From an uncultured Spirochaetota bacterium (GTDB lineage Bacteria > Spirochaetota > Spirochaetia > SZUA-6 > Fen-1364): DNA of 64,000 bases. Below are positions 46,654-58,941 of the stretch, piece after piece. The DNA lies in assembly GCA_963820525.1 (NCBI GenBank), contig CAWGAA010000001.1:2560001-2624000 (forward strand). Reading direction: 5' to 3'. The position numbers and the translations under genes are program-made. Each line of letters opens with the position of its first letter. The stretch's first letter is position 1. The notes beneath the pieces were generated by a model. It made no database searches. It was not told the DNA's origin and was given only the letters and a program-made list of their open reading frames with translations.

Positions 46654-48744
46654 GTGTTCGTATCCATCAAGAAGCGCAACGGGACCATCGTCCCGTTTCA
46701 ACCTGAAAAAATTATAAACGCGCTGCTCAAGGCTGGAGAGGCGACGAGCGAATTCGGGGAAGAACTCGCTCGCAAGCTCATGCTGCGCGTTCTCAACCTG
46801 GCCCAACAGGCGCTGCCCGGCGAAATACCTACCGTCGAACAAATCCAGGACATCGTCGAGGAAGTCCTCATATCTTCCCAGTTCAAGCAGACCGCCAAGG
46901 CGTATATCATCTACCGCGATCAGCATGCCAAGATCCGCGAAATCGTCTCCCGCGCGGACGTGGACCTGATAGACCGCTACCTGGAGAGGGCGGATTGGCA
47001 GGTCAACGAGAACTCCAACATGGGCTACTCGCTTCAGGGCCTGAACAACTACGTCTCCTCGGAGATCTCAAAGATCTACTGGCTGAACAAGATCTACCCG
47101 CCCGAAATCCGCCTTGCGCACAGCGACGGGGACTTTCACATCCACGATCTGGGCATCCTCTCCGTCTACTGCGTGGGCTGGGACCTTGAGGACCTGCTCC
47201 TGCAGGGATTCAAAGGGGCAATGGGAAAGGTCGAAAGCAAGCCCGCCCGGCATTTCGCCAGCGCCCTCGGTCAGATCGTCAACTTCTTCTATACCCTCCA
47301 GGGTGAAGCGGCGGGCGCCCAGGCCTTTTCTCATTTCGATATGTTCCTCGCCCCCTTCATCCGCTTCGACCGCCTCGACTACGAAGAGGTGAAGCAGGCG
47401 CTCCAGGAGTTCGTTTTCAATGTCAACGTTCCAACGCGGGTCGGCTTCCAAACCCCTTTCACGAATATCACCATGGATCTGAAGGTCCCCGCCATGTTCC
47501 GGGACAAGTCGGTAATCGTCGGAGGGGAATACCGCACGGAAACGTACGGCGAGTTCCAGCGCGAGATATCCATGCTCAACAAGGCGTTCCTCGAGGTCCT
47601 GGCCGAGGGGGATGCCAAGGGCAGGGTCTTCACCTTCCCGATTCCCACCTACAATATCACGAAGGACTTCCCCTGGGACGATCCCGACCTGGAGGTCCTC
47701 TGGCGGGTCACGGCGAAGTACGGGATCCCCTACTTCTCCAACTTCGTGAACTCGGACATGTCACCCGAAGATACCCGCTCGATGTGCTGCCGGCTACGCC
47801 TCGACCTTCGAAGCCTCGAAAAGAGGGGCGGCGGCCTGTTCGGGGCGAACCCGCTCACAGGATCGATCGGCGTGGTAACCATAAACATGCCGCGATTGGG
47901 GTACCTGTCGGCGGACGAGGAGGAGTTTATCGGGAGGCTCGGGGAGCTCATGGAGCTGGCGAAGAGCAGCCTGGAAATAAAGAGAAAGATACTTGAGCGT
48001 TTCACGGAGAGAAACCTCTACCCCTATACGAAACACTACCTGCGGGGAGTCCGCGAGAGATTCAGCCAGTACTGGAAGAACCACTTTTCGACCATTGGCC
48101 TGGTCGGACTCAACGAGGCGAGCATGAATCTCCTGGGGACCCACCTGGGAACCGAGAAAGGCCAGCTCTTCGCGATGAGAGTGCTTGAATACATGAGGGA
48201 GAAGCTCCTCCAGTTCCAGGAAGAGACGGGGAGCAACTACAACCTCGAGGCTACCCCTGCTGAAGGCGCCTCCTACAGGCTTGCCCGCCTCGACAGCGAA
48301 AAGCTCCCGGGCATCCTTTCGGCCAATCTGAACGGCACTGAAGCCGGGGCCAAGCCTTTCTACACCAACTCATCGCAGCTTCCCGTGCAATATTCCGAGG
48401 ACATCTTCGAGGTTCTGGATCTGCAGGACGAGCTTCAAACCCGCTACACCGGCGGGACGGTTCTGCACCTGTTCATCGGAGAGGAGATCAAGGCACCCCG
48501 CAGCGTGACAGGGCTCGTCAAGATGATCTGCAGCCGCTACCACCTCCCCTACTTCACCATCACCCCGACGTTCAGCATTTGCCCCGTCCACGGCTATCTG
48601 TCCGGCAAGCAGGAGACATGCCCCCACTGCGGAGCGGCGGCCGAGGTCTATTCCAGAGTCGTGGGATATCTCAGGCCCGTCAATCAATGGAACGAAGGGA
48701 AAGTGGAAGAGTTCAAGTACCGAAAGACTTTCAAGCTGTCGTAA
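46654..48744 (+). CDS. nrdD: Class III (anaerobic) ribonucleoside-triphosphate reductase with ATP cone
   Basis: ATP cone (IKKRNG), HIHDL, RSMCCRL, EATPAEG, CPVHG..CPHC, YSRVVGYL glycyl-radical motif. GTG start after GGAGGGG. Confidence 0.95.
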   Translation: MFVSIKKRNGTIVPFQPEKIINALLKAGEATSEFGEELARKLMLRVLNLAQQALPGEIPTVEQIQDIVEEVLISSQFKQTAKAYIIYRDQHAKIREIVSRADVDLIDRYLERADWQVNENSNMGYSLQGLNNYVSSEISKIYWLNKIYPPEIRLAHSDGDFHIHDLGILSVYCVGWDLEDLLLQGFKGAMGKVESKPARHFASALGQIVNFFYTLQGEAAGAQAFSHFDMFLAPFIRFDRLDYEEVKQALQEFVFNVNVPTRVGFQTPFTNITMDLKVPAMFRDKSVIVGGEYRTETYGEFQREISMLNKAFLEVLAEGDAKGRVFTFPIPTYNITKDFPWDDPDLEVLWRVTAKYGIPYFSNFVNSDMSPEDTRSMCCRLRLDLRSLEKRGGGLFGANPLTGSIGVVTINMPRLGYLSADEEEFIGRLGELMELAKSSLEIKRKILERFTERNLYPYTKHYLRGVRERFSQYWKNHFSTIGLVGLNEASMNLLGTHLGTEKGQLFAMRVLEYMREKLLQFQEETGSNYNLEATPAEGASYRLARLDSEKLPGILSANLNGTEAGAKPFYTNSSQLPVQYSEDIFEVLDLQDELQTRYTGGTVLHLFIGEEIKAPRSVTGLVKMICSRYHLPYFTITPTFSICPVHGYLSGKQETCPHCGAAAEVYSRVVGYLRPVNQWNEGKVEEFKYRKTFKLS

Positions 48745-48780
48745 AGAGGGGACTCACCCCCATTCGAGGCGATCCGATCC

Positions 48781-49470
48781 ATGGTTGTCGGTGGATTTCA
48801 AAAGTTCTCCCTTGTTGATTATCCTGGAAAAATCAGCGCCATCGTCTTCACCCAGGGCTGCAATTTCAGATGTCACTATTGCCATAACCCGGAGCTGGTC
48901 GATCCACAGCGCTACGCAACGCCAATTTCCGAAGACTTCATAGCTTCATTCCTTAATAAAAGAATGGGAAGGCTCCAGGGTGTCGTGATCAGCGGAGGTG
49001 AACCTACCGTACATGCAGACCTTCCCTTTTTCATCGAAAAGCTCAGATCCCTCGGATACTCGGTGAAGCTCGACACGAATGGGAGCAACCCGCAAATGCT
49101 CGAGAAGATCATCCAGGACCGCCTTGTCGACAGCATCTCCATGGATATCAAGGCACCCCTCCCCTCCTATGCCAGGATCGCGGGGGTTTCGGTGCGAACA
49201 GAAGACATCGAGCGCAGTATCCACCTCATCATGGAAAGCGGGCTTCTCTCTGATTTTCGAACTACGTACCTCGACTCCCTGCTCTCCATTGAGGATATGA
49301 AAAGCATCGGCGAGATGGTCATGGGATGCTCGAACTTTACCCTTCAGCGATTCGTTTCCACGAAAGCGCTTCAGAGAGAAGTTCTGTCGCAACCCTCGCC
49401 TTCCACGGAGAAGCTGGCAGACATCCAGGCCTTGCTCCTGGCCATGGGAGTCCCTTGCAGGCTCCTCTGA
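48781..49470 (+). CDS. nrdG: Anaerobic RNR activating radical-SAM enzyme
   Basis: SLVDYPG, GCNFRCHYCHN, SGGEPT, KLDTNGS. Confidence 0.93.
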   Translation: MVVGGFQKFSLVDYPGKISAIVFTQGCNFRCHYCHNPELVDPQRYATPISEDFIASFLNKRMGRLQGVVISGGEPTVHADLPFFIEKLRSLGYSVKLDTNGSNPQMLEKIIQDRLVDSISMDIKAPLPSYARIAGVSVRTEDIERSIHLIMESGLLSDFRTTYLDSLLSIEDMKSIGEMVMGCSNFTLQRFVSTKALQREVLSQPSPSTEKLADIQALLLAMGVPCRLL

Positions 49471-49473
49471 TTC

Positions 49474-50994
49474 TCAGCCCAGAACCACCTGCTCGGCGGT
49501 GCAGATAACGTTATACAGCTCGAGCGGAGTAGCTGCAGTCTCCAGCCTGCCTTCAAGAAACTCGCTTTCAAAAATGCCAGCGATATGGGAGAGGAGAATC
49601 TGGTGAATGCGCGGCGTATCAGCGGGAGTCAGAAGCAGGAAGAGCAATGAGATGCTCTCCCCGGCAGCCGGCGCGGGAATAGGCGACTTGAGCCGGGCGA
49701 CAATCACCATTGGATTGGCCAGGATCATCAGACGTGCATGGGGGATGGCGAGCCCCTTGCCGATATAGCTGCTGCCCAGTTTCTCCCGTTCGATTACTGA
49801 AAGCATTATCGCCTCTCGCGACAGCGGAAGATCCGAAGCCCTGATATTCTGGAGGGCGTTTCGAGCGGCTGACAGGATGCTGTCTCCTTCCACCTCCAGG
49901 AAGGTCCGTTCCACGGACAGCAGGTCCGAGAGGCGAACGGGCGGTTCGATCGGATACTCTTCTTCGATCGTTCCGATGACCTCTTCGATCGCGTCCTCCA
50001 GCGTGATGATCCCTGTCCATGCCCCGTCCTTAGCGAAGACGAGCGCCATGTGGCAGGCTTTCCTCTGCATCTCCGAGAGCAAATGCTCCAGCGGATGCTC
50101 TTCTCGCGCCTGGAGACAGGGACGTATGAAAGGCCGCAGATCGTCAGTAGGCTTTCCTGCCCTGTCGGCGAGAAACAGGTCTTTTACATGGATATATCCC
50201 AGGGGTTTTTCGGAATCCTTTTCAATTACCGGGTACCTGGAAAAGCGGTTCTCTCCGATCAGTTTCTCCGCTTCGGCGCGCGACATCCCCAACCGGAGGA
50301 AGCGTACGAGCCTTCGAGCGCGCATCGCGTTCCTGACGGTCAGGGCGCCCATGTCGAGAACGTTCTCGATGTGGAGGAGCTGGCGGAATGAGAGCATCCC
50401 GCTGGACTGGGAGTGATCGAGGATGATCCTGATCTCGTCTTGCGTGTGGGCCCCCGGCCCGCTCACAAGGGGGAGGCGGAAGAGACTGAGTATGGCGTTC
50501 ACAGTCGTGTTGAGAAGCCAGATGGGAACGATGAAGATGGAGCGGAAGATCATCATGGGGTAAGCCATGAGCAAGGCCAGCCTCTCGGTGTCTCGGATGG
50601 CGATTGATTTCGGGACGAGCTCGCCCAAAATGATGTGAAGATATGAGACAAGGAAATACGCGATCGCGATGGCGACCGCATGCGATGTTATCCGGGTTGC
50701 GACTCCCGTTATCCCCACAATGGAAACGGCTGGCTCGATGAGCGCCGCAAAGGCCGGTTCCCCGACGAACCCCAATCCGATGCTGGCGAGGGTGATCCCG
50801 ACCTGGCAGACGGAGAGAAACTCGTCAAGATTCGCCTGGATTCGCTCCACCAACCTGGCCCTTCGGTTGCCTTTGGCCGCTAGAGATTCCATGAGGGTTG
50901 GACGGGCTTTAATCGCGGTCAATTCAGCCAGTACGAAGAAAGCGTTCAGTACCAGGAGAAAGACCGCAATAAGGAGATACAAGCTAATGAGCAT
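49474..50994 (-). CDS. CNNM (DUF21)-CBS pair protein fused to a PTS EIIA-like domain
   Basis: NAFFVLAE, CQVGITLASIGLG, GELVPKSIA, FSRYPV, GIITLEDAIEEVIG. C-terminus REKLGSSYIGKGLAIPHAR...LLFLLLTP..HQILLS. Confidence 0.88.
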   Translation of the reverse strand: MLISLYLLIAVFLLVLNAFFVLAELTAIKARPTLMESLAAKGNRRARLVERIQANLDEFLSVCQVGITLASIGLGFVGEPAFAALIEPAVSIVGITGVATRITSHAVAIAIAYFLVSYLHIILGELVPKSIAIRDTERLALLMAYPMMIFRSIFIVPIWLLNTTVNAILSLFRLPLVSGPGAHTQDEIRIILDHSQSSGMLSFRQLLHIENVLDMGALTVRNAMRARRLVRFLRLGMSRAEAEKLIGENRFSRYPVIEKDSEKPLGYIHVKDLFLADRAGKPTDDLRPFIRPCLQAREEHPLEHLLSEMQRKACHMALVFAKDGAWTGIITLEDAIEEVIGTIEEEYPIEPPVRLSDLLSVERTFLEVEGDSILSAARNALQNIRASDLPLSREAIMLSVIEREKLGSSYIGKGLAIPHARLMILANPMVIVARLKSPIPAPAAGESISLLFLLLTPADTPRIHQILLSHIAGIFESEFLEGRLETAATPLELYNVICTAEQVVLG

Positions 50995-51267
50995 TGTGCA
51001 CCTCGAGCTCTTCGCGCTCCGCTATTCAAAATCGCATGCAGAGGATCTGCCTGCGATACGTTCTTCTACCGGCTATTAGATTATGTCCTGGGGGAAATGA
51101 AAAGTGCCATCGGGCATCGACAAGAACGGGATCGAAGTGAATGCCGCTTTGCTCCTTGATGATGGTAATCGGGGATTCATGGGAGAGAGGCTGCTTGTAG
51201 ACGCGGCGTGAATCCCGTCTTGGTACTGATCAATCACGCCCTTCGTATAGGCGCTCAGGAAATCCAA

Positions 51268-51283
51268 TGTTTCACGTGAAACA
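51268..51283. promoter_or_regulatory. parS: parS centromere site
   Basis: Perfect 16-bp palindrome TGTTTCACGTGAAACA just downstream of gyrA. Confidence 0.93.
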
Positions 51284-51304
51284 CTCGGGAGGGGTTCCGC
51301 TCGC

Positions 51305-53812
51305 CTACTCAGGGGTACCGGGTTCTGATTCTTCCGAATCGGCTTTCTCTTCCTGGTCCGATGGTTGGCCCTGCTCGCTTTCTTCCTCTTCCTTGACGAC
51401 ACGGGCCACTCCGACAACGACATCCGGCTTGGTGATATTGACGATCCGCACTCCCACCGCGGTCTTTCCAAGCGCGGCGATGTCCGAGAGGCGAAGCTTC
51501 AGAGCATTGCCCTGGGAGGTGATGCAGACAAGATCGTCCCTGGTGCTCACGGAAAGAACACCCACCACCTCGCCGGTCTTCTCCGAGGCCTTATAGCAGA
51601 TCTGGCCGCGAGTTCCCCTGCCATGGGGAGAGAAGTTGTCGTACTCCGTGCGCTTGCCGAAGCCGAACTCGCACACCAGGAGCATCTGCTCTCCTTCCTT
51701 GACCATGGCCATGCCGGAAAGCTCATCCTTGTCCGAAAGACGGATCCCCAGCACCCCCCGGGAGGATCTGCCGGTGGCACGCACTGCCTCCTCATTGAAA
51801 CGAAGGGCATTGCCCTTGCGCGTGACGAGCACGATCTCGTTCTTCCCCGAGGTGAGCTGCGCGGTGACCAGACCGTCTCCCTGATCCAGCTTGATGGCGA
51901 CGATGCCCCTCGCTTTGGCGTTGGCGAAATCCGAGATTGCGACCTTCTTTACCACGCCCTTGCGGGTGGCCATGAACACGTACTTCTCATCCGTGAAGTT
52001 GCGCAGGCTGACGATTGCGGTAATCTCCTCCTCGCTTCCCAGGGAGAGCAGAACCTTGATGCTCTGGCCTTTTGCCTGCCGCGTGCTCTCCGGGATTTCA
52101 TGAACCTTGATCCAATACGCGAGTCCCTTGTTGGTTATGCAAAGCACGTAGTCGTGGGTTGAAGCGATGAAGACCTGCTCGATGAAATCGTCTTCCTTGA
52201 GGTTGGCCGATGAAGAACCCTTTCCGCCCCTGCCCTGCCGGCGGTACGCCGTAACGGGGATCCGCTTGATGTAGCCGCGGTTGGAGATGAGAATGATCAT
52301 GTCCTCTTCCGCGATCAGGTCCTCGATGTTGATCTGCTCGGCTTCCTCCTCGATGATCTCGGTCCTTCTGTCGTCGCCGAACTTCTCGGATATCTCCTGA
52401 GTCTCCTCCTTCACCACCCCGAGAATCTTCTGCTCGCTTGAGAGAAGGTCTTTGAGGTGATCGATAAGAGCCAGCACCTCTTTCAATTCATCAAGGATTT
52501 TCTGGATCTCCAGCCCCGTAAGCCGCTGCAATCTCATGTCGAGAATCGCCTGGGCTTGCTTCTCCGACAGCTTGAACCGTTCCATGAGAGCCAGCCGCGC
52601 CGCTTCGGGGTTCGCCGAGCCCTTGATGAGAGCGATCACCTCGTCGATGTTCTCGACGGCGATCTTGAGCCCCTCCAGGATATGCGCCCGCTCCTCGGCC
52701 TTGGCCAGATCGAACTTCGTCCTCCTGGTGACCACTTCCTTCCTGTGGGCCATGAAGCAGTCGATCATGTCCTTCAGCCCGAGAATCTTGGGAAGTCCGT
52801 TCACTAAAGCGAGGTTGATCACTCCGAAGGAAATTTGAAGCTGCGTATGAGCGAACAGCTGATTCAAGATCACCTTGGGCGAGATGCCCTTTCGAAGATC
52901 TATCACGACCCTCATCCCATGCCTGTCAGACTCATCGTTGAGATCCACGATCCCGTCTATCTTCTTTTCCTTGACCAGGTCCGCGATCCGTACGATCATG
53001 TTGGCCTTGTTCACCTGGTAGGGAATTTCCGTGACGATGATCGAGTCCTTTCCTGAACTCGATGTCTCCACGGTTACCTTTGCGCGCACGGTGATCTTGC
53101 CGCGGCCGGTCGAATAAGCCTCCCGGATCCCATTCCTCCCGAGGATGATCCCCCCCGTCGGAAAATCGGGGCCTTTGACGATCTTCATCAGCTCTTCATT
53201 GGGGGTTTGTGGATTGTCGATGACCCGCACGATCGCTTCGCAGACCTCCCGCAGATTATTGGGAGGGATGTTGGTTGCCATTCCCACGGCGATCCCGCTG
53301 CCGCCGTTTGCCAGAAGGAAGGGAAACGCGGCGGGCAGGACGAGGGGTTCCATCTGCGACCCATCGTAGGTTGGGCCCAGGTCGACGGTGTCCTTGTTGA
53401 TGTCGCGCAGCATCTCTTCGGCTATCCGGTTCATCCGCGCTTCCGTGTATCGCACGGCCGCTGGGGGATCTCCGTCTATTGAACCGAAATTGCCCTGGCC
53501 ATCCACCACGGGGTAGCGCAGGCTGAAGTCCTGGGCAAGGCGGACCAGTGAATCGTAGATTGCCTGGTCTCCGTGGGGATGGAATTTCCCCAGGACGTCC
53601 CCCGTGATCCTCGCGCATTTCTTGTAAGGCCTGTCCGCGTGGAGACCCATCTCGTTCATCCCGAAGAGGATCCGGCGATGGACCGGTTTCAGCCCGTCAC
53701 GCGCGTCGGGCAGGGCTCTCGAAACGATGACCGACATCGCGTAGGTGAGGTATGAGTTCCTGACCTCCTCTTCAATGGGAAGGGGAATGATTCGCGTTCC
53801 TGCGTCAGACAT
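51305..53812 (-). CDS. gyrA: DNA gyrase subunit A
   Basis: [30 protein letters not shown], GyrA-box QGRGGKG, beta-pinwheel repeats, acidic tail. Confidence 0.97.
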   Translation of the reverse strand: MSDAGTRIIPLPIEEEVRNSYLTYAMSVIVSRALPDARDGLKPVHRRILFGMNEMGLHADRPYKKCARITGDVLGKFHPHGDQAIYDSLVRLAQDFSLRYPVVDGQGNFGSIDGDPPAAVRYTEARMNRIAEEMLRDINKDTVDLGPTYDGSQMEPLVLPAAFPFLLANGGSGIAVGMATNIPPNNLREVCEAIVRVIDNPQTPNEELMKIVKGPDFPTGGIILGRNGIREAYSTGRGKITVRAKVTVETSSSGKDSIIVTEIPYQVNKANMIVRIADLVKEKKIDGIVDLNDESDRHGMRVVIDLRKGISPKVILNQLFAHTQLQISFGVINLALVNGLPKILGLKDMIDCFMAHRKEVVTRRTKFDLAKAEERAHILEGLKIAVENIDEVIALIKGSANPEAARLALMERFKLSEKQAQAILDMRLQRLTGLEIQKILDELKEVLALIDHLKDLLSSEQKILGVVKEETQEISEKFGDDRRTEIIEEEAEQINIEDLIAEEDMIILISNRGYIKRIPVTAYRRQGRGGKGSSSANLKEDDFIEQVFIASTHDYVLCITNKGLAYWIKVHEIPESTRQAKGQSIKVLLSLGSEEEITAIVSLRNFTDEKYVFMATRKGVVKKVAISDFANAKARGIVAIKLDQGDGLVTAQLTSGKNEIVLVTRKGNALRFNEEAVRATGRSSRGVLGIRLSDKDELSGMAMVKEGEQMLLVCEFGFGKRTEYDNFSPHGRGTRGQICYKASEKTGEVVGVLSVSTRDDLVCITSQGNALKLRLSDIAALGKTAVGVRIVNITKPDVVVGVARVVKEEEESEQGQPSDQEEKADSEESEPGTPE

Positions 53813-53856
53813 TGCGTGTACTCCGTTTCACCTTCGAGGCGCCCTGCCCCGGGGAA

Positions 53857-56204
<2,348 letters not shown>

Positions 56205-57572
56205 ATGGAGGCGGGCAAACGGAGCCATGAGGCTTTCTGGAGACAGGCGCTGAAGGAAATCCAGGGAGAGCTGAGCGAGCAGGAGTTCGCCACCTGGTTC
56301 AAGGACGTGGAGTTTGCGGGCAGCGGGGACTCCAACATTCTCCTCTCGGTGCCTTCTTCCTTCTATAAAGACCAGATTTCTCAAAGATATCTGGCCAAGC
56401 TGGAGGGGAAGCTCCTCGAGCTCTCGGGTGAGGAGCTTTCGATCAAGTTCTCCGTTCAGAGGAAATCCCGCGAGAAAGCGTCCCACGAGGAGATGGCCCG
56501 GGGACAGAAGCCCGAGGATTCGGCGTCTCGAAAAAGACAGCACCCCCAGCTCAACCGCGAGTACACCTTCGAGCGCTTCATCATCGGGGAGTCCAACTCC
56601 TTTGCGGCGAACGCCGCTTTAGCCATCGCGAGGAATCCCGGCTCTGGATACAACCCCTGCCTCATCTACGGCGGGGTCGGGCTTGGAAAGACCCATCTCG
56701 TTCAGGCCATCGGCAACTCGGTCTACCGGGAGTTTCCCGACTTGAAGGTGGCGTACGTGACCGTGGAGACCTTCGCCAATGAGTTCATTCTTTCAATCCA
56801 AAAGAAAACAGGGCACCAGTTCAAGAACAAATACCGTTCCGTCGACGTCCTTTTGATCGACGATATCCATTTCCTGGAGGGAAAGGAAGGAACCCAGGAG
56901 GAACTGTTCCACACCTTCAATGCCCTCTACGACGCAAACAAGCAAATGGTGTTCACCAGCGATAGGCCGGTCTCGGAGATCCGAAGCCTTTCAGAACGCC
57001 TGAGGAGCCGATTCGAGCGTGGGCTCAATGTGGACCTCCAGCCGCCCAACTACGAGACGAGAATCGCCATCCTGAACAAGAAAATCGAAGAGAAGAAGGT
57101 GGATATCCCCGACGAGGTCGTGGAGCTCATCTGCCGCAATGTCACCACCAACGTGAGGGATCTCGAAAAGGCCCTCACCAAGCTCATCGCCTACGCCGAG
57201 CTCGTGAACAAGAACATCACCCTCGAGATCGCCCAACATCAGCTTAAGGACTTTTTCGCCCAGCCCAGCCAGAAGAACATCACCATCGAGCTCATCCAGA
57301 AGATCGTCTCCGACTACTTTGGGCTCACGTACAAGGACCTCCGCGGGAAGCGCAGAACAAAGGCCGTGGCCCTGCCCCGACAGGTTGCCATGTACATTGC
57401 CCGGGAGCTTACCGAGTTTTCCACCACGGAGGTTGGAGCGGAGTTCGGCGGCCGTGATCATACGACGGTCATGCATGCATGCCAGAAGATCGAAGACCGC
57501 ATGAAGATGGACCCCACGATGGACCCGATCATCCAGCAGCTGGTGAAGAAGATCAGGCAGAACAATGGGTAA
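56205..57572 (+). CDS. dnaA: Chromosomal replication initiator DnaA
   Basis: YTFERF, YNPCLIYGGVGLGKTHL, LLIDDIHF, QEELFHTFN, GGRDHTTVMHA. Confidence 0.98.
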   Translation: MEAGKRSHEAFWRQALKEIQGELSEQEFATWFKDVEFAGSGDSNILLSVPSSFYKDQISQRYLAKLEGKLLELSGEELSIKFSVQRKSREKASHEEMARGQKPEDSASRKRQHPQLNREYTFERFIIGESNSFAANAALAIARNPGSGYNPCLIYGGVGLGKTHLVQAIGNSVYREFPDLKVAYVTVETFANEFILSIQKKTGHQFKNKYRSVDVLLIDDIHFLEGKEGTQEELFHTFNALYDANKQMVFTSDRPVSEIRSLSERLRSRFERGLNVDLQPPNYETRIAILNKKIEEKKVDIPDEVVELICRNVTTNVRDLEKALTKLIAYAELVNKNITLEIAQHQLKDFFAQPSQKNITIELIQKIVSDYFGLTYKDLRGKRRTKAVALPRQVAMYIARELTEFSTTEVGAEFGGRDHTTVMHACQKIEDRMKMDPTMDPIIQQLVKKIRQNNG

Positions 57573-57834
57573 GGATTGGGGACAGTCGGTGGGATCGGCC
57601 CCGGAGGAACGCCGACGGACAGGGAGCACAATGTGCAAACCCTATCTCCGAAAGGGCGGGGTATGGTAGAGTCACCCCTGGTGAGAGGACTATGTGCATG
57701 AATCGGGGATATCCGGCAGCGGTTATCCTTCTTCTCAACTCCCTATTGCCGAATGAAATGGATCGATCTCCCACATATCCACAGCGCTTACTAGCATTAC
57801 CATTATTAGAATTCTCTAGAAAGAGGAGGTAGAG
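57573..57834. other. oriC, dnaA-dnaN intergenic region with predicted unwinding site
   Basis: TCTCCCACA/ATATCCACA tandem boxes (57767-57783), then GCGC, then trinucleotide-periodic TTA CTA GCA TTA CCA TTA TTA. Confidence 0.75.
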
Positions 57835-58941
57835 ATGAAACTCATCTGCTCGCGCGATGCGATTCTCAAAGAGATTGGTATTGCCCAGGAGGTCATATCC
57901 TCGAAGAACTCCCTCTCGATCCTCTCCAACGTCCTTTTAACGGCGACCAAGGGAACCCTCGTATTGCAGGCGACAGATCTCAAGGTGGGCTTTGAAACGA
58001 GCATTCCCGTGGACGTGGTGCAGGAAGGAACGACAACGGCATTCTGCGACAAGCTTCTCAATATCATCAGGTCCCTTCCCGAGGGAGATGTCGAATTGGA
58101 GCAGACGGATGCGACGATGCTGCGCATCAGGCCCGTTTCGAAGAAGATCGATTTCCAGCTCCGCTGCATCCCGGCGGACAAGTACCCCGAGATCGCCAAG
58201 GTGGCGGACTCCAGCTACTTCGACTTTCCCCAGAAGGATTTCATCGAGATGGTATCCAAGACTCTGTTCGCCGTCTCAGACGACGAGACCCGCTACTTCA
58301 TGAACGGGATCTTCGTGGAAAAGCGGGATGACATGCTCGTCATGGTGGCGACTGACGGACGGCGCCTGGCCCACATCTCAAGAAAGATTCCCGTCCCCAT
58401 TGAAAACCTCCGTGGCGTGATTCTCCCTCCAAAGATCCTTACCATCGTTCGAAAGCTCTCCTCCGGCGAAGGCAGCCTTTCTCTCGCCCTGACCGATAAG
58501 AACCTGTTCGTGCGAATGGACGGGAAGAACCTCGCTTCGAACCTGATCGATGGGCAGTTCCCCGATTACAGGAGAGTGATTCCCGACGCCCAGAAGTACC
58601 GCGCCACGATAGAGCGGGAGCCTCTGGAAGACGCCCTGCGCCGCGTGTCGCTCCTTGTCGAGCAGAAATCCCGAAAGGTGATCTTTGCCGTGACCGAAGG
58701 GGCCGTGACCATCTCTTCCAAGGAGAGCGAGCTCGGAGTCGCCAGCGAGGAGGTCGCCTGCGACTATTCCGGGCCGAACATGTCATTCGCCGTGAACTGC
58801 CTCTACATGATCGAACCGCTTCGAGAGATCGGCTCCCGAACCGTTTCCCTGGAGTTCAGCGACGTGAACAAAGCCATCACCGTGAAGCCGCAGCCAGAGG
58901 ACGGCTACCTGAACATCATCATGCCCATGCAGCTGGATTGA
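57835..58941 (+). CDS. dnaN: DNA polymerase III beta clamp
   Basis: ILSNVLL, ATDL, DETRYFMNG, ATDGRRLA, GQFPDY, IIMPMQL. Confidence 0.97.
   Translation: MKLICSRDAILKEIGIAQEVISSKNSLSILSNVLLTATKGTLVLQATDLKVGFETSIPVDVVQEGTTTAFCDKLLNIIRSLPEGDVELEQTDATMLRIRPVSKKIDFQLRCIPADKYPEIAKVADSSYFDFPQKDFIEMVSKTLFAVSDDETRYFMNGIFVEKRDDMLVMVATDGRRLAHISRKIPVPIENLRGVILPPKILTIVRKLSSGEGSLSLALTDKNLFVRMDGKNLASNLIDGQFPDYRRVIPDAQKYRATIEREPLEDALRRVSLLVEQKSRKVIFAVTEGAVTISSKESELGVASEEVACDYSGPNMSFAVNCLYMIEPLREIGSRTVSLEFSDVNKAITVKPQPEDGYLNIIMPMQLD

Noticed and set aside
51076..51471. 131-aa minus-strand ORF spanning parS
   Set aside because: It overlaps the gyrA 3' end in another frame and has no motif or clear RBS. Probably spurious.
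51305..52300. Separately translated GyrA C-terminal domain (Borrelia Gac-like)
   Set aside because: A Met lies at the CTD boundary (EEDMIIL), but the purine-rich stretch is poorly spaced and no internal promoter is evident.
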